NCBI GenBank assembly: GCA_046598365.1
Contig: JBKJIV010000078.1
Span: 6,493 to 70,492 of the forward strand
Source of the DNA: Polaromonas sp.
Lineage (GTDB): Bacteria; Pseudomonadota; Gammaproteobacteria; Burkholderiales; Burkholderiaceae_C
Reading direction: 5' to 3'
Length of the DNA stretch: 64,000 nucleotides
Each line of letters starts with the position of its first letter. Position 1 is the stretch's first letter. This document shows positions 18,323-27,672 of this stretch, piece after piece. A model generated the notes under the pieces. It had not been told where the DNA came from. It made no database searches and saw only the letters and a list, made by a program, of their open reading frames with translations. The translations under genes were made by a program, and so were the position numbers.

Positions 18323-18388
18323 ACCATAGCCGCATTCAAGGCCTGCGTCTAATTGCTTGGTTCAATGCAGGCAATTGGATACAACTAT
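18323..18388 (-). promoter_or_regulatory. Rubrerythrin promoter (TAGACG-N17-TATGGT) with an abutting OxyR-type operator
   Basis: Minus strand ATAG-N7-CAAT-N7-ATTG-N7-CAAT at 18388-18352, directly upstream of the -35 at 18351-18346. Confidence 0.7.
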
Positions 18389-18402
18389 GGGAACAATCTA
18401 TT

Positions 18403-18417
18403 TGATAACCATTCTCA
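18403..18417. promoter_or_regulatory. Fur-family 7-1-7 box
   Basis: TGATAAC-C-ATTCTCA, 12/14 match to TGATAAT-N-ATTATCA. Confidence 0.6.
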
Positions 18418-18511
18418 ATACTCCGCCATTCCTGCTCCTAAAAGACGGCTTGCCGTCGCCAATAATTACGCTATAGTAAATTCGTTATGAATAGGTGAAT
18501 GACACATCGAA

Positions 18512-19165
18512 ATGAAAGCCGCCATGAACGCCCCACTCAACCCCCTTAACGCGCGATCTACCTTGTCGCTTTTGCCAGCGCCAGCACCCGTCCGGCAACT
18601 GCACCATTACGCCTACCGCGCAAAAGATGCCGAAGAAACCCGGCATTTTTACGAAGACATTCTTGGACTGCCGCTGTATCACATCATTCAGAGCGACTAC
18701 GTGCCGAGCACCGGCGAATACTGTCCCTACACCCACTTCTTTTTCCGCTTGCAAGACGGCTCTTTCATCGCGTTTTTTGATCTGGGCAACGACGAAGCGG
18801 CCCTGCCCTCGCCCAACACGCCGCTGTGGGTCAACCACATTTCATTTCGGGTCGACACCGAGGTCGAGCTGAACGTGATGAAAGCGCGCCTGCAAGCCGA
18901 GGGCGTGGAAGTACTGGGCGTGACCGATCACCACATCTTCAAAAGCATTTATTTCTTTGATCCCAATGGCGTGCGACTGGAACTGACGGCGCAGTTGGCC
19001 GACGAATTTGAAATGCTGGAAGAAAGCAAAACCGCCCACGCCCGCCTGGCCGAATGGACGGCGCGCAAAGAGCAGTGGCGCAAGGACAAGGCGGCCGGCC
19101 GGGCCGCCACCGCGCTGAAGCCGCAGCAAAACGACAGGCCGGAAGTGACCGGAAAACCCGGCTAG
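18512..19165 (+). CDS. VOC/glyoxalase family protein
   Basis: LHHYAY, FYEDILGL, NHISF, SIYFFDPNGVRLE. Confidence 0.88.
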   Translation: MKAAMNAPLNPLNARSTLSLLPAPAPVRQLHHYAYRAKDAEETRHFYEDILGLPLYHIIQSDYVPSTGEYCPYTHFFFRLQDGSFIAFFDLGNDEAALPSPNTPLWVNHISFRVDTEVELNVMKARLQAEGVEVLGVTDHHIFKSIYFFDPNGVRLELTAQLADEFEMLEESKTAHARLAEWTARKEQWRKDKAAGRAATALKPQQNDRPEVTGKPG

Positions 19166-19189
19166 AAAATGCGAGGAGCACTTTCAGCC

Positions 19190-20935
19190 ATGTCCGAGAC
19201 CACATCCGCCTACACCCCTACGGCGTTCACCAACAGCTACGAGTTCAGCCAGGGTGGCGGTTACGTCTTGCCTGAGTACCCCTTTGTCGCGCCTCCGGAC
19301 TTGCGTGCAAAAGATGTTCGGCGCTACCCCATCGTCATCGCAGGAGGTGGCATCGCCGGGTTGACGCTGGCCTGCGCGTTAGCCCGCTACGGTGTACGAG
19401 CCTTGTTGCTGGATGAGGACAACACGGTGGGCGTCAAGGGGGCGTCTTCGCGCGGTATTTGTTATGCGCAGAAAACGCTGGAGATCTTCAAGCGGCTGGG
19501 TATTTATGAGCGTATCGCCAGCAAGGGCGTGCAGTGGAGCGTGGGCCGCACCTTCGCCGGCAATGACGAGGTCTATTCGTTTGACCTGCGCCAGCAAAAC
19601 ACCCATTCGATGGGTAAGGAGCCGCCATTCATCAACATCCAGCAGTTCTACATTGAAGGCTTTCTGGTCGAGCAGATTGCTGAACTGAACAGATCGAAAC
19701 CGTGCATAGACATCCGCTGGAACAACCGGGTCACCGCGCTGACGCAGAACGCGGAATGCGCAACGCTGTCTGTCACCACACCTGCGGGCGACTACACACT
19801 GCAGGCTGATCATATGATTGACTGCACCGGTTCACGCAGCCCCTTGCGCGCCTGGTGCAACGCATCAGTGACCGCCAAAAAAGGCGACGACCGTTGGTGT
19901 ATTGCCGACGTGCGCTTTAAGGAGCAACCACCGGTAGAGCGCCACACCTGGATTGAAGCGCCCTTTAACGAAAACCGCGCCGTCTGGCAGCACCTGATGG
20001 CCGATGGCGTCTGGCGCATTGACTATCAAATGGCGCCTGATTGCGACCCCAGGGAGGTCAGCCGTGAAGAAGTGGTACGAGCCCGGTTGAATGCCCAGTT
20101 CAAGCGCGAGTTGAGCCAAGACGAATGCGAGATTGTCTGGGTCGGGCCGTACGCTTATCGAAGCGAATGCCTGGACCAGCTAAGCCACGGCCACGTATTT
20201 TTCATGGGTGATTCAGCTCATGTCGTCAGCCCCTTCGGTGCGCGCGGCGGCAACTCCGGCGTGCAGGACGCCGACAACCTCGCCTGGAAACTGGCCGCCG
20301 TGTTGCAGGGCCGCGCCAACCCGACTTTGCTGGAAAGCTATCACGCTGAGCGCCACGAAGCGGCTCAGCAAAACGTGTTGGTCACCAACCGCACAGCTCG
20401 TTTCCTGCGGCCAGCCGACGGCGTGGAGCGCCTCTTTCGTAGCGCGGCCCTGAGCCTGGCGCGCAAGCACCTGTTTGCGCGGCAACTGGTCAACACTGGC
20501 CGCATGTCGGTGCCTAACCGCTACTCGCGCAGCCCGGTCTGTGAAAAAACGGGAGGCGTGGCTACCCAAAATGTCAGCTTTTTATGGGCTGACGGACAAG
20601 CAGGTGAACTGGTGGACCTGCTGCGCTGGGCCGATGGTCGCTTGCTGCTGCTGGTGTTTGGTGCCCTGCCGCTGCCCGCCGCCAACCGGTTGCAGACCCT
20701 CGCAGCGCAGGCCGACCTGCGCTGTGTGCAGGTGCTGGCACCGGGCGAGCGCCCCCGCGCGACTGAACATGTGGTTGACGTCCACGGTCATCTGCAGGCG
20801 ACCTGTCATGTGTTCGGCCACGCCTGGGCTTTGTTGCGACCAGACAGCTATGTGGCCGCTACTGGCGAAAGTGTGGACGCTTCGCTGGTTCGCGCAGTGA
20901 CCACGGCCATGGGCCTGCAAGGAGAACCCACATGA
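19190..20935 (+). CDS. FAD-dependent aromatic monooxygenase (MhpA/PheA-like)
   Basis: GGGIAG, DCTGSRS, GDSAHVVSPFGARGGNSGVQDADNLAWKL, C-terminal LRPDSYV. Confidence 0.88.
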   Translation: MSETTSAYTPTAFTNSYEFSQGGGYVLPEYPFVAPPDLRAKDVRRYPIVIAGGGIAGLTLACALARYGVRALLLDEDNTVGVKGASSRGICYAQKTLEIFKRLGIYERIASKGVQWSVGRTFAGNDEVYSFDLRQQNTHSMGKEPPFINIQQFYIEGFLVEQIAELNRSKPCIDIRWNNRVTALTQNAECATLSVTTPAGDYTLQADHMIDCTGSRSPLRAWCNASVTAKKGDDRWCIADVRFKEQPPVERHTWIEAPFNENRAVWQHLMADGVWRIDYQMAPDCDPREVSREEVVRARLNAQFKRELSQDECEIVWVGPYAYRSECLDQLSHGHVFFMGDSAHVVSPFGARGGNSGVQDADNLAWKLAAVLQGRANPTLLESYHAERHEAAQQNVLVTNRTARFLRPADGVERLFRSAALSLARKHLFARQLVNTGRMSVPNRYSRSPVCEKTGGVATQNVSFLWADGQAGELVDLLRWADGRLLLLVFGALPLPAANRLQTLAAQADLRCVQVLAPGERPRATEHVVDVHGHLQATCHVFGHAWALLRPDSYVAATGESVDASLVRAVTTAMGLQGEPT

Positions 20936-21123
20936 AAAGCACCCTCCACTTCCAGGACGCCGATGCGTTTTACGAACGCCTGCTCGACGCGCACCAGGGT
21001 CTGAGCCGGGAGCAGTCAGAGCAACTCAACGCCCGCTTGATATTGATTTTGGCTAACCAGGTGGGGGACACCCAGGTGCTGCGGGCCTGTATCGAGGCGG
21101 CAATGCCCGCGTCTCCCGGGTAA
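20932..21123 (+). CDS. DUF2783 domain protein
   Basis: [15 protein letters not shown]...[15 protein letters not shown]; ATGA overlap with the upstream gene. Confidence 0.85.
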   Translation: MKSTLHFQDADAFYERLLDAHQGLSREQSEQLNARLILILANQVGDTQVLRACIEAAMPASPG

Positions 21124-21203
21124 GGCCGCCTCAGTCGAATAAAATCGGGGCAACTGTCTCCACCCAGCGGCATCTCACCAGATGCCGTTTTTCATTGCAC
21201 CCC

Positions 21204-24110
21204 ATGACCGACTCTGCCAAACCCACGCCCGCCAACCCTGCTGCCGACGCCACTCCAGCGCGGGCCTCTGTCCCAACACCGGGGCTGGACAGCCTGGCCA
21301 AGTCTTTTGAGCCCGCCGCGATTGAAAGCCGTTGGAGCCCGCTGTGGGAGCAAAACGGCTTGTATGAGCCGACGCTGGACGCGGCAAAGCCGTCGTTTTC
21401 CATCCAGTTGCCGCCGCCCAATGTGACCGGGACTCTGCACATGGGCCACGCCTTCAACCAGACCATCATGGACTCGCTGACGCGTTACCACCGCATGCGA
21501 GGCCATAACACCTTGTGGGTACCCGGCACCGACCATGCCGGCATTGCGACGCAGATCGTGGTGGAGCGCAAGTTGCAGGGTGAAGGCAAAAGCCGTCACG
21601 ACCTGGGCCGCGAAAAATTTGCAGAGAAGGTGTGGGAATGGAAAGAAGAGTCCGGCACCACCATCACCCGCCAGATGCGCCGCATGGGCGACTCGGTGGC
21701 CTGGAAGCACGAATACTTCACGATGGACCCCAAGATGTCCAAAGTGGTCACCTCGACCTTTGTGCAGTTGTATGAGCAAGGCCTGATTTATCGCGGAAAA
21801 CGCCTGGTCAATTGGGACCCGATTCTCAAATCTGCCGTTTCGGACCTGGAAGTTGAGAGCGAAGAGGAAGACGGTTTTCTCTGGCACATCTCTTATCCGC
21901 TGGTTGACGGCTCGGGATCGCTCACGGTAGCCACCACACGTCCCGAAACCATGCTGGGCGACGTGGCCCTGATGGTGCATCCCGAAGATGAGCGTTACAA
22001 GCATCTCATTGGCAAGTTCGTCAAACTGCCGCTGTGCGACCGCGACATCCCGGTGATTGCCGACGACTATGTGGACAAGGCTTTCGGCACCGGCGTCGTC
22101 AAGGTCACACCCGCGCATGACAGCAACGACTATGCGGTGGGGCAGCGCCATCAGTTGCCCATGATTGGTGTGCTGACGCTTGACGCCGCCATCAACGACA
22201 ACGCACCCGAAAAATATCGGGGCATGGACCGCTTTGTGGCTCGCAAGGCCGTGGTGGCAGACCTCGAAGCGCTGGGCTTTCTGGTTGAAGTCAAAAAGCA
22301 CAAGCTCATGGTGCCGCGCTGCGCCCGCACCGGCCAGGTGATAGAACCCATGCTCACCGACCAGTGGTTTGTGGCGATGACCAAGGTCAGTGACAAGGAC
22401 CCCACGGGCAAATCGATTGCGCAAAAAGCCATTGATGCCGTTGACAGCGGCGCCGTCAAGTTTGTGCCCGAGCAGTGGGTCAACACCTACAACCAGTGGA
22501 TGGGCAACATCCAGGACTGGTGCATCTCGCGCCAGCTCTGGTGGGGCCACCAGATACCGGCCTGGTACGACGAAGATGGCAAAGTTTATGTCGCCGAAAA
22601 CGAGACGGCGGCTCAAGCCCAGGCACCTGGCAAAACGCTGCGCCGCGACGAAGACGTTCTTGACACCTGGTACTCCTCGGCTCTCGTACCCTTTTCGTCA
22701 CTGGGTTGGCCCGAAAAAACCAAAGAGTTCGACCTTTTTCTGCCGTCCAGCGTGCTGGTCACGGGCTACGACATCATCTTCTTCTGGGTCGCCCGGATGA
22801 TCATGATGACGACGCATTTCACGGGTCAGGTGCCTTTTCACCATGTCTACATCCACGGCTTGGTGAAAGACGCGCAGGGCAAGAAAATGAGCAAGTCCGA
22901 AGGCAACGTGCTGGACCCGGTCGATCTGATCGACGGCATTGAGTTGGCACCGCTGCTGGACAAGCGCTCGCAAGGCCTGCGCAAGCCCGAGACCGCACCT
23001 GCCGTGCGCAAGAACACCGAGAAAGAATTTCCGGCAGGTATTCCGGCCTACGGTGCCGACGCGCTGCGTTTCACCTTTGCCTCGCTGGCCAGCCTGGGCC
23101 GCAGCATCAACTTCGACAGCAAACGTTGCGAGGGTTACCGCAATTTTTGCAACAAGCTCTGGAACGCCACACGGTTTACCTTGATGAACTGCGAAGGTCA
23201 GGACTGCGGGCTGGCTGAACACACCAAGGCGCAATGCGCGCCGGGCGAGGAATTCCACAATTACCTGACTTTCTCCCAGGCCGATCGCTGGATTGCATCA
23301 ACCATGCAGCGCGTCGAAGCCGATGTTGCCAAAGGTTTTGCTGACTACCGCCTCGACAACGTGGCCGGCAGTATTTACCAGTTTGTATGGGATGAGTTCT
23401 GCGATTGGTATCTAGAGATCGCCAAGGTGCAGATTCAGAATGGGACCCCGGCCGAACAACGCGCCACACGTCGCACCTTGATTCGCACGCTGGAAGGCAT
23501 TTTGCGCCTGGCGCACCCGCTGATCCCGTTCATCACCGAGGAGCTCTGGCAAAAAGTTTCTTTCGTCGCTGGCAACAAGAAAGTGGAGTTGATCGGCCAG
23601 GCTGCTTATCCCCAGAGCCAGCCGGAAAAGATAGATGAGATCGCCGAAGCGCATGTGACCAAGCTCAAGAAGCTGGTGGACGCCTCGCGGGTCCTGCGCG
23701 GTGAGATGAAGGTGTCGCCTGCAACCCGTCTGCCTCTGTATGTGGTGGGTGACAGCGCCTTCATGACGAGCGTTGCACCCGTTCTCAAAGCCCTGGCCAA
23801 ACTCAGCGAGGTCAAGGTTTTCGATGACGAAGCCGCCTGGTCTGCAGCAGCACAGTTGGCACCGGTGGCCGTGGTCGGACAGGCCCGCATCTGCCTGCAC
23901 ATGGAGGTGGACATCGCCGCGGAAAAATTGCGCGTAGGCAAGGAAACCACCCGCGTTGAGGGCGAGTTGATCAAAGTCAAAGCCAAGCTGGCCAATGAAG
24001 CGTTTGTAGCCAAAGTGCCGCCGGCCGTGCTTGAACAAGAGCGCAAACGCCTGGCCGACTTCACCGCGACGCTGGAAAAACTGAAGGAGCAGCTGGCCAG
24101 GCTGGCCTAA
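21204..24110 (+). CDS. valS: Valine--tRNA ligase
   Basis: [31 protein letters not shown]-terminal coiled coil. Confidence 0.97.
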   Translation: MTDSAKPTPANPAADATPARASVPTPGLDSLAKSFEPAAIESRWSPLWEQNGLYEPTLDAAKPSFSIQLPPPNVTGTLHMGHAFNQTIMDSLTRYHRMRGHNTLWVPGTDHAGIATQIVVERKLQGEGKSRHDLGREKFAEKVWEWKEESGTTITRQMRRMGDSVAWKHEYFTMDPKMSKVVTSTFVQLYEQGLIYRGKRLVNWDPILKSAVSDLEVESEEEDGFLWHISYPLVDGSGSLTVATTRPETMLGDVALMVHPEDERYKHLIGKFVKLPLCDRDIPVIADDYVDKAFGTGVVKVTPAHDSNDYAVGQRHQLPMIGVLTLDAAINDNAPEKYRGMDRFVARKAVVADLEALGFLVEVKKHKLMVPRCARTGQVIEPMLTDQWFVAMTKVSDKDPTGKSIAQKAIDAVDSGAVKFVPEQWVNTYNQWMGNIQDWCISRQLWWGHQIPAWYDEDGKVYVAENETAAQAQAPGKTLRRDEDVLDTWYSSALVPFSSLGWPEKTKEFDLFLPSSVLVTGYDIIFFWVARMIMMTTHFTGQVPFHHVYIHGLVKDAQGKKMSKSEGNVLDPVDLIDGIELAPLLDKRSQGLRKPETAPAVRKNTEKEFPAGIPAYGADALRFTFASLASLGRSINFDSKRCEGYRNFCNKLWNATRFTLMNCEGQDCGLAEHTKAQCAPGEEFHNYLTFSQADRWIASTMQRVEADVAKGFADYRLDNVAGSIYQFVWDEFCDWYLEIAKVQIQNGTPAEQRATRRTLIRTLEGILRLAHPLIPFITEELWQKVSFVAGNKKVELIGQAAYPQSQPEKIDEIAEAHVTKLKKLVDASRVLRGEMKVSPATRLPLYVVGDSAFMTSVAPVLKALAKLSEVKVFDDEAAWSAAAQLAPVAVVGQARICLHMEVDIAAEKLRVGKETTRVEGELIKVKAKLANEAFVAKVPPAVLEQERKRLADFTATLEKLKEQLARLA

Positions 24111-24160
24111 GGCCGTACGGCACCAGCGAGAGCGGTAGCGCCGGGGGTGGAGGCCTGTGC

Positions 24161-25183
24161 CTACCGAACCATGAATTCGGGCTCAGACCATTGGGAGGGC
24201 GATCCGCCGCCCGCGCCGGGAAGGTCCATATCCATGGGGGCGCTGGCAATATAGTCCACGCCGCGTTGCTCCGCAGAAATGGCTTCATGCATGCGGTGTG
24301 CGACATACCAGCTCGAACGCAGGCGGGCTTCCCGCGTGTGCGAACCCAATCTGGGCGTGATAAACAGATTTTTCAATCCGTTGATCGGGGAGGCGTCACT
24401 TGTGAAATTGTCTTCGGCTCCATCCAGAATGCAGGCCTCGATGCGGCCATCGCACAGGGCGGCGGCCAAAGCCTTCTCCTCGAACAGCGCGCTGCGGCTG
24501 ATACCCACCCACAGCTGCCCGCGTTTGCAGGCCGCCAGCAGCTTCTCGTTGACGAAGCCCCGAAAGCGGGTGGCGTACAACATCTGTACAGATACTGCAT
24601 CTGACTCGCTGACCAGTTCGGTCAGGGTCACGGGCTGAATACGCAAACGCTCCCAGATGGGGGCTGTGTGGTGCACCGCCGGGTCATAGCCGATCAGCCG
24701 CACACCGAGACCCGTCAACATGCCCGCCAGGGTATGGGCTGTCGGGGCCAGGCCCAGGATGCCCACCGTGCTGCCGTGAAGCTCCCGGCCCATCTGAGCG
24801 GTGGGATGACGCCGTCCCATCAACGCCGAGACAACGCCGCGGCGGTACAGCAGCAACAAACTGCTCAGCAGGTATTCGGCGTTGGAGCGAACGTTGGCGC
24901 TGCTGGCGTGTATGACTTTGATCCCGCGCTCGTTGCAGGCTTCCAGGTCGGTGTTGTCGGTCCCCACATGCAGTCGGCCCACGGCCTTAAGCTTTGGCAG
25001 GAAATCAAGAAACTCGCGGGTTACAACCGTTTGCCTGGGAAAGACGATGCCACGCGTTTTATAGGCTGCTTTGCGCAAGACGGTCAGGTCATCTGCCAGC
25101 TCGGGCCGGTACTCCACGTTGTGCCGTGTTTCCAGCCAGGCCACGGCCTCCGGCACCAATGCATCAAGAAGTAAGATGTCCAA
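24161..25183 (-). CDS. D-2-hydroxyacid dehydrogenase-like protein (degenerate active site)
   Basis: Overall D2-HDH pattern ([22 protein letters not shown]) but GLAPTA and TPRLGS replace the canonical motifs. Confidence 0.8.
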   Translation of the reverse strand: MDILLLDALVPEAVAWLETRHNVEYRPELADDLTVLRKAAYKTRGIVFPRQTVVTREFLDFLPKLKAVGRLHVGTDNTDLEACNERGIKVIHASSANVRSNAEYLLSSLLLLYRRGVVSALMGRRHPTAQMGRELHGSTVGILGLAPTAHTLAGMLTGLGVRLIGYDPAVHHTAPIWERLRIQPVTLTELVSESDAVSVQMLYATRFRGFVNEKLLAACKRGQLWVGISRSALFEEKALAAALCDGRIEACILDGAEDNFTSDASPINGLKNLFITPRLGSHTREARLRSSWYVAHRMHEAISAEQRGVDYIASAPMDMDLPGAGGGSPSQWSEPEFMVR

Positions 25184-25291
25184 TTGAAGTTCCCCTTTTC
25201 CGGGCCGCAGCAGGCGTTGTTTGTTATTCTCGTTGACTGGCGAGGCTGTATCAGCAACACAACACTCTATCTTCTTTCCAAACCTGTGTCG

Positions 25292-26221
25292 ATGACAAAA
25301 ATCACAACATTAAACAAAGCAGTTTTCCCGGTTGCGGGCTTGGGAACCCGGTTTTTGCCGGCCACCAAAGCCCAACCCAAGGAAATGCTGCCTGTGGTGG
25401 ACAAGCCGCTGATCCAGTATGCCGTTGAGGAAGCCTACGCCGCCGGGATCCGACACATGATTTTCGTCACCGGACGCAATAAACGGGCCATCGAAGATCA
25501 TTTCGACACCGCTTATGAACTTGAAGCGGAACTGGAAGCCGCTGGAAAACATGACTTGCTGACGCTGGTGCGGTCCGTCCAACCCGGGGACATGGATTTT
25601 TCCTACGTACGCCAGCCGCGGTCCCTGGGTCTGGGACACGCCGTTTTGTGCGCCGAACACCTTGTTGGCGACGAACCCTTTGCAGTGCTGTTGGCCGACG
25701 ACTTGATGGTGGGAACGCCCCCCGTATTGGCGCAGATGGCGGCGCAGTTTGAAGAACTGCAGCAATCCATGCTGGCTGTGCAGGAAGTGCCGCTGGCTCA
25801 CACCCGTCGCTACGGCATCGTTGCTGCCGAGCCGATCAGCGAGCAACTGATGAAGGTCACCCGAATGGTGGAAAAGCCCGCCCCCGAGGTAGCCCCCTCA
25901 CGCATGGGCGTGGCCGGTCGCTACATACTGACGCCAAAAGTCTTCAAACACATTCGGCAGCAAACAACCGGCATAGGGGGGGAAATTCAGCTGACCGACG
26001 GCATTGCCGGGCTGATGACAGAAGAAAACGTTTACGCTTTTCTGTACAAAGGCAAACGTTATGACTGCGGCAGCAAAGAAGGTTTTCTGGAAGCTACCGT
26101 TGAATTGGCACTGCAACACCCCGAAGTGGGTGCGCATTTCAGGACTTATCTGGAGAACCTGCAGATCGGCTGGTCCGGCCGGGAACGCCGAAAGCAGGAT
26201 TCCCTGCCCCTCAGCGGCTAA
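25292..26221 (+). CDS. galU: UTP--glucose-1-phosphate uridylyltransferase
   Basis: [42 protein letters not shown]. Confidence 0.95.
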   Translation: MTKITTLNKAVFPVAGLGTRFLPATKAQPKEMLPVVDKPLIQYAVEEAYAAGIRHMIFVTGRNKRAIEDHFDTAYELEAELEAAGKHDLLTLVRSVQPGDMDFSYVRQPRSLGLGHAVLCAEHLVGDEPFAVLLADDLMVGTPPVLAQMAAQFEELQQSMLAVQEVPLAHTRRYGIVAAEPISEQLMKVTRMVEKPAPEVAPSRMGVAGRYILTPKVFKHIRQQTTGIGGEIQLTDGIAGLMTEENVYAFLYKGKRYDCGSKEGFLEATVELALQHPEVGAHFRTYLENLQIGWSGRERRKQDSLPLSG

Positions 26222-26235
26222 CGAAATGCGCTGAG

Positions 26236-26463
26236 TTAGCGGCGCTTGAGGACATGGATGAAATCCCCGCCCTCCGTCTGCTGCTCCACCAGTTCATTGC
26301 CCGTCTGTTTCGCAAACGCCATGAAGTCGCGCGTAGAACCTGAATCGGTTGAAACCACCCGCAGCAGTTGCCCGCTTGTCATCTCTGCCAGTGCTTTTTT
26401 TGCCTTGAGAATAGGCAAGGGGCAATTCAGGCCACGTGTGTCGAGTTCTTTGTCAATGTGCAT
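26236..26463 (-). CDS. TusA/SirA-family sulfur carrier
   Basis: LDTRGLNCPLP motif. Confidence 0.9.
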   Translation of the reverse strand: MHIDKELDTRGLNCPLPILKAKKALAEMTSGQLLRVVSTDSGSTRDFMAFAKQTGNELVEQQTEGGDFIHVLKRR

Positions 26464-26546
26464 GCGCTAGTCCTTGGGTTGCCGCTATTTTAAGCAGTTC
26501 TTTGCTGGGTGCGCCCAGGCGCGAATGTTGTCCCCAGCCAAACGCA

Positions 26547-26578
26547 GAAAATCCCGAACCTGCAGGGCAGGCCGGGAT
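26547..26578 (-). terminator. Possible intrinsic terminator
   Basis: Minus-strand hairpin ATCCCGGCCTGC...GCAGGTTCGGGAT followed by TTTC, downstream of 26614-27186. Confidence 0.4.
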
Positions 26579-26613
26579 CGTCAGGGAGCACAACGGTCAC
26601 GCCGCCCTGATTG

Positions 26614-27186
26614 TTATTTCATGCCAAACTTTGCCTTGGCATCGTTTTGGCACGCATCCTTGGCATTGCCTGAAAGGGCGTCGCAGCGCTCTTTGGCTAC
26701 CTTGTACTGTGCTTCTTTCTTGTCTTCGGCTGCGTCTTTTTTGACGTCTGCGACGTCCTTGGATTTGTCTTTGCTAGCATCTGCGGAGGCTTTAGTCACC
26801 TTCGCATCGGCCTTGGCTGCCGTTCGGGCGGCCTTGGCTTCCTTGATGCAGACATCTTTAGGGTTTCCTGTGAGGTCGTCGCACTTTTCCTTGGCGATGT
26901 CGTAAGTCGCTTCCGCATTGGCGTTACGCACTTTCAGATCATTGCGTGGGCTGGGCTTGTACTGCGCCTCCAACTCAGCCTTGGCCACCTTTTCAGCGCC
27001 TTTGGCCTCTGCCTTGCAGATATCCTTGGCATTGGCAGTCAACGCGGCACACTTGTCCCGACTGGCCTTGTATGCGGCCGACACGCCGTCTTTCTGGGTT
27101 TTGTACTCGTCTTTGGTCAGCGCCATGGCATTGCCCGCAAAAGCGCAAGACACGGCCAGCGTGAGCATGATTAATTTCGATTTCAT
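26614..27186 (-). CDS. Secreted Lys/Ala-rich protein with three Cys-paired repeats
   Basis: Signal peptide; KCAALTANAKDIC, KCDDLTGNPKDVC, RCDALSGNAKDAC. Confidence 0.8.
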   Translation of the reverse strand: MKSKLIMLTLAVSCAFAGNAMALTKDEYKTQKDGVSAAYKASRDKCAALTANAKDICKAEAKGAEKVAKAELEAQYKPSPRNDLKVRNANAEATYDIAKEKCDDLTGNPKDVCIKEAKAARTAAKADAKVTKASADASKDKSKDVADVKKDAAEDKKEAQYKVAKERCDALSGNAKDACQNDAKAKFGMK

Positions 27187-27239
27187 GATGGTTCCTCTTG
27201 TTAATTTTTGATAAAGGCCTCGGCAGTCAAGCCCAAGCC

Positions 27240-27461
27240 TTAAACCCGTTCGAAAAAGTGGGTCGGGTTGCGCGCCTGGAAGGCGTCAAGCTGCTGCTCC
27301 GCCTCATCTTTTGCCAAGCCGTGCCGTTCCTGAATTCGGCCCAGCAATTGATCGCGCTTGCCCGCAATGATGTCCAGATCGTCGTCAGTGAGCTTTCCCC
27401 ATTGCTCCTTGACCTGCCCTTTGAACTGAAGCCAATTCCCCTCTACACGATCCTGATTCAT
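27240..27461 (-). CDS. CsbD/YjbJ family general stress protein
   Basis: GNWLQFKGQVKEQWGKLTDDDL...GKRDQLLGRIQERHG. Confidence 0.92.
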   Translation of the reverse strand: MNQDRVEGNWLQFKGQVKEQWGKLTDDDLDIIAGKRDQLLGRIQERHGLAKDEAEQQLDAFQARNPTHFFERV

Positions 27462-27672
27462 GGTTTTCTCCTGAGAAGTTGATAAATCCAGCCCGCGTTT
27501 TTCGCGGAGTGAAACTCACCATACTTTTCAGGCCTTGCCAGGTTCGTAGGCCCGGGGGTTTGATATGCGTAGGCTCCTGCTTACATATCCGTCCTGCTGC
27601 TACTCGCCTTCCAGGCGCATGCAGGACCGGAACATGATTGAGGCGGAGCGCTGAATCGTGGAGCGTGCCGGT

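Noticed and set aside
21192-22616. 474-aa antisense ORF, and similar long shadow ORFs at 53385-54905, 31275-32429 and 10245-11276
   Set aside because: They lie opposite well-supported genes, as expected from codon bias in GC-rich DNA, and show no motifs
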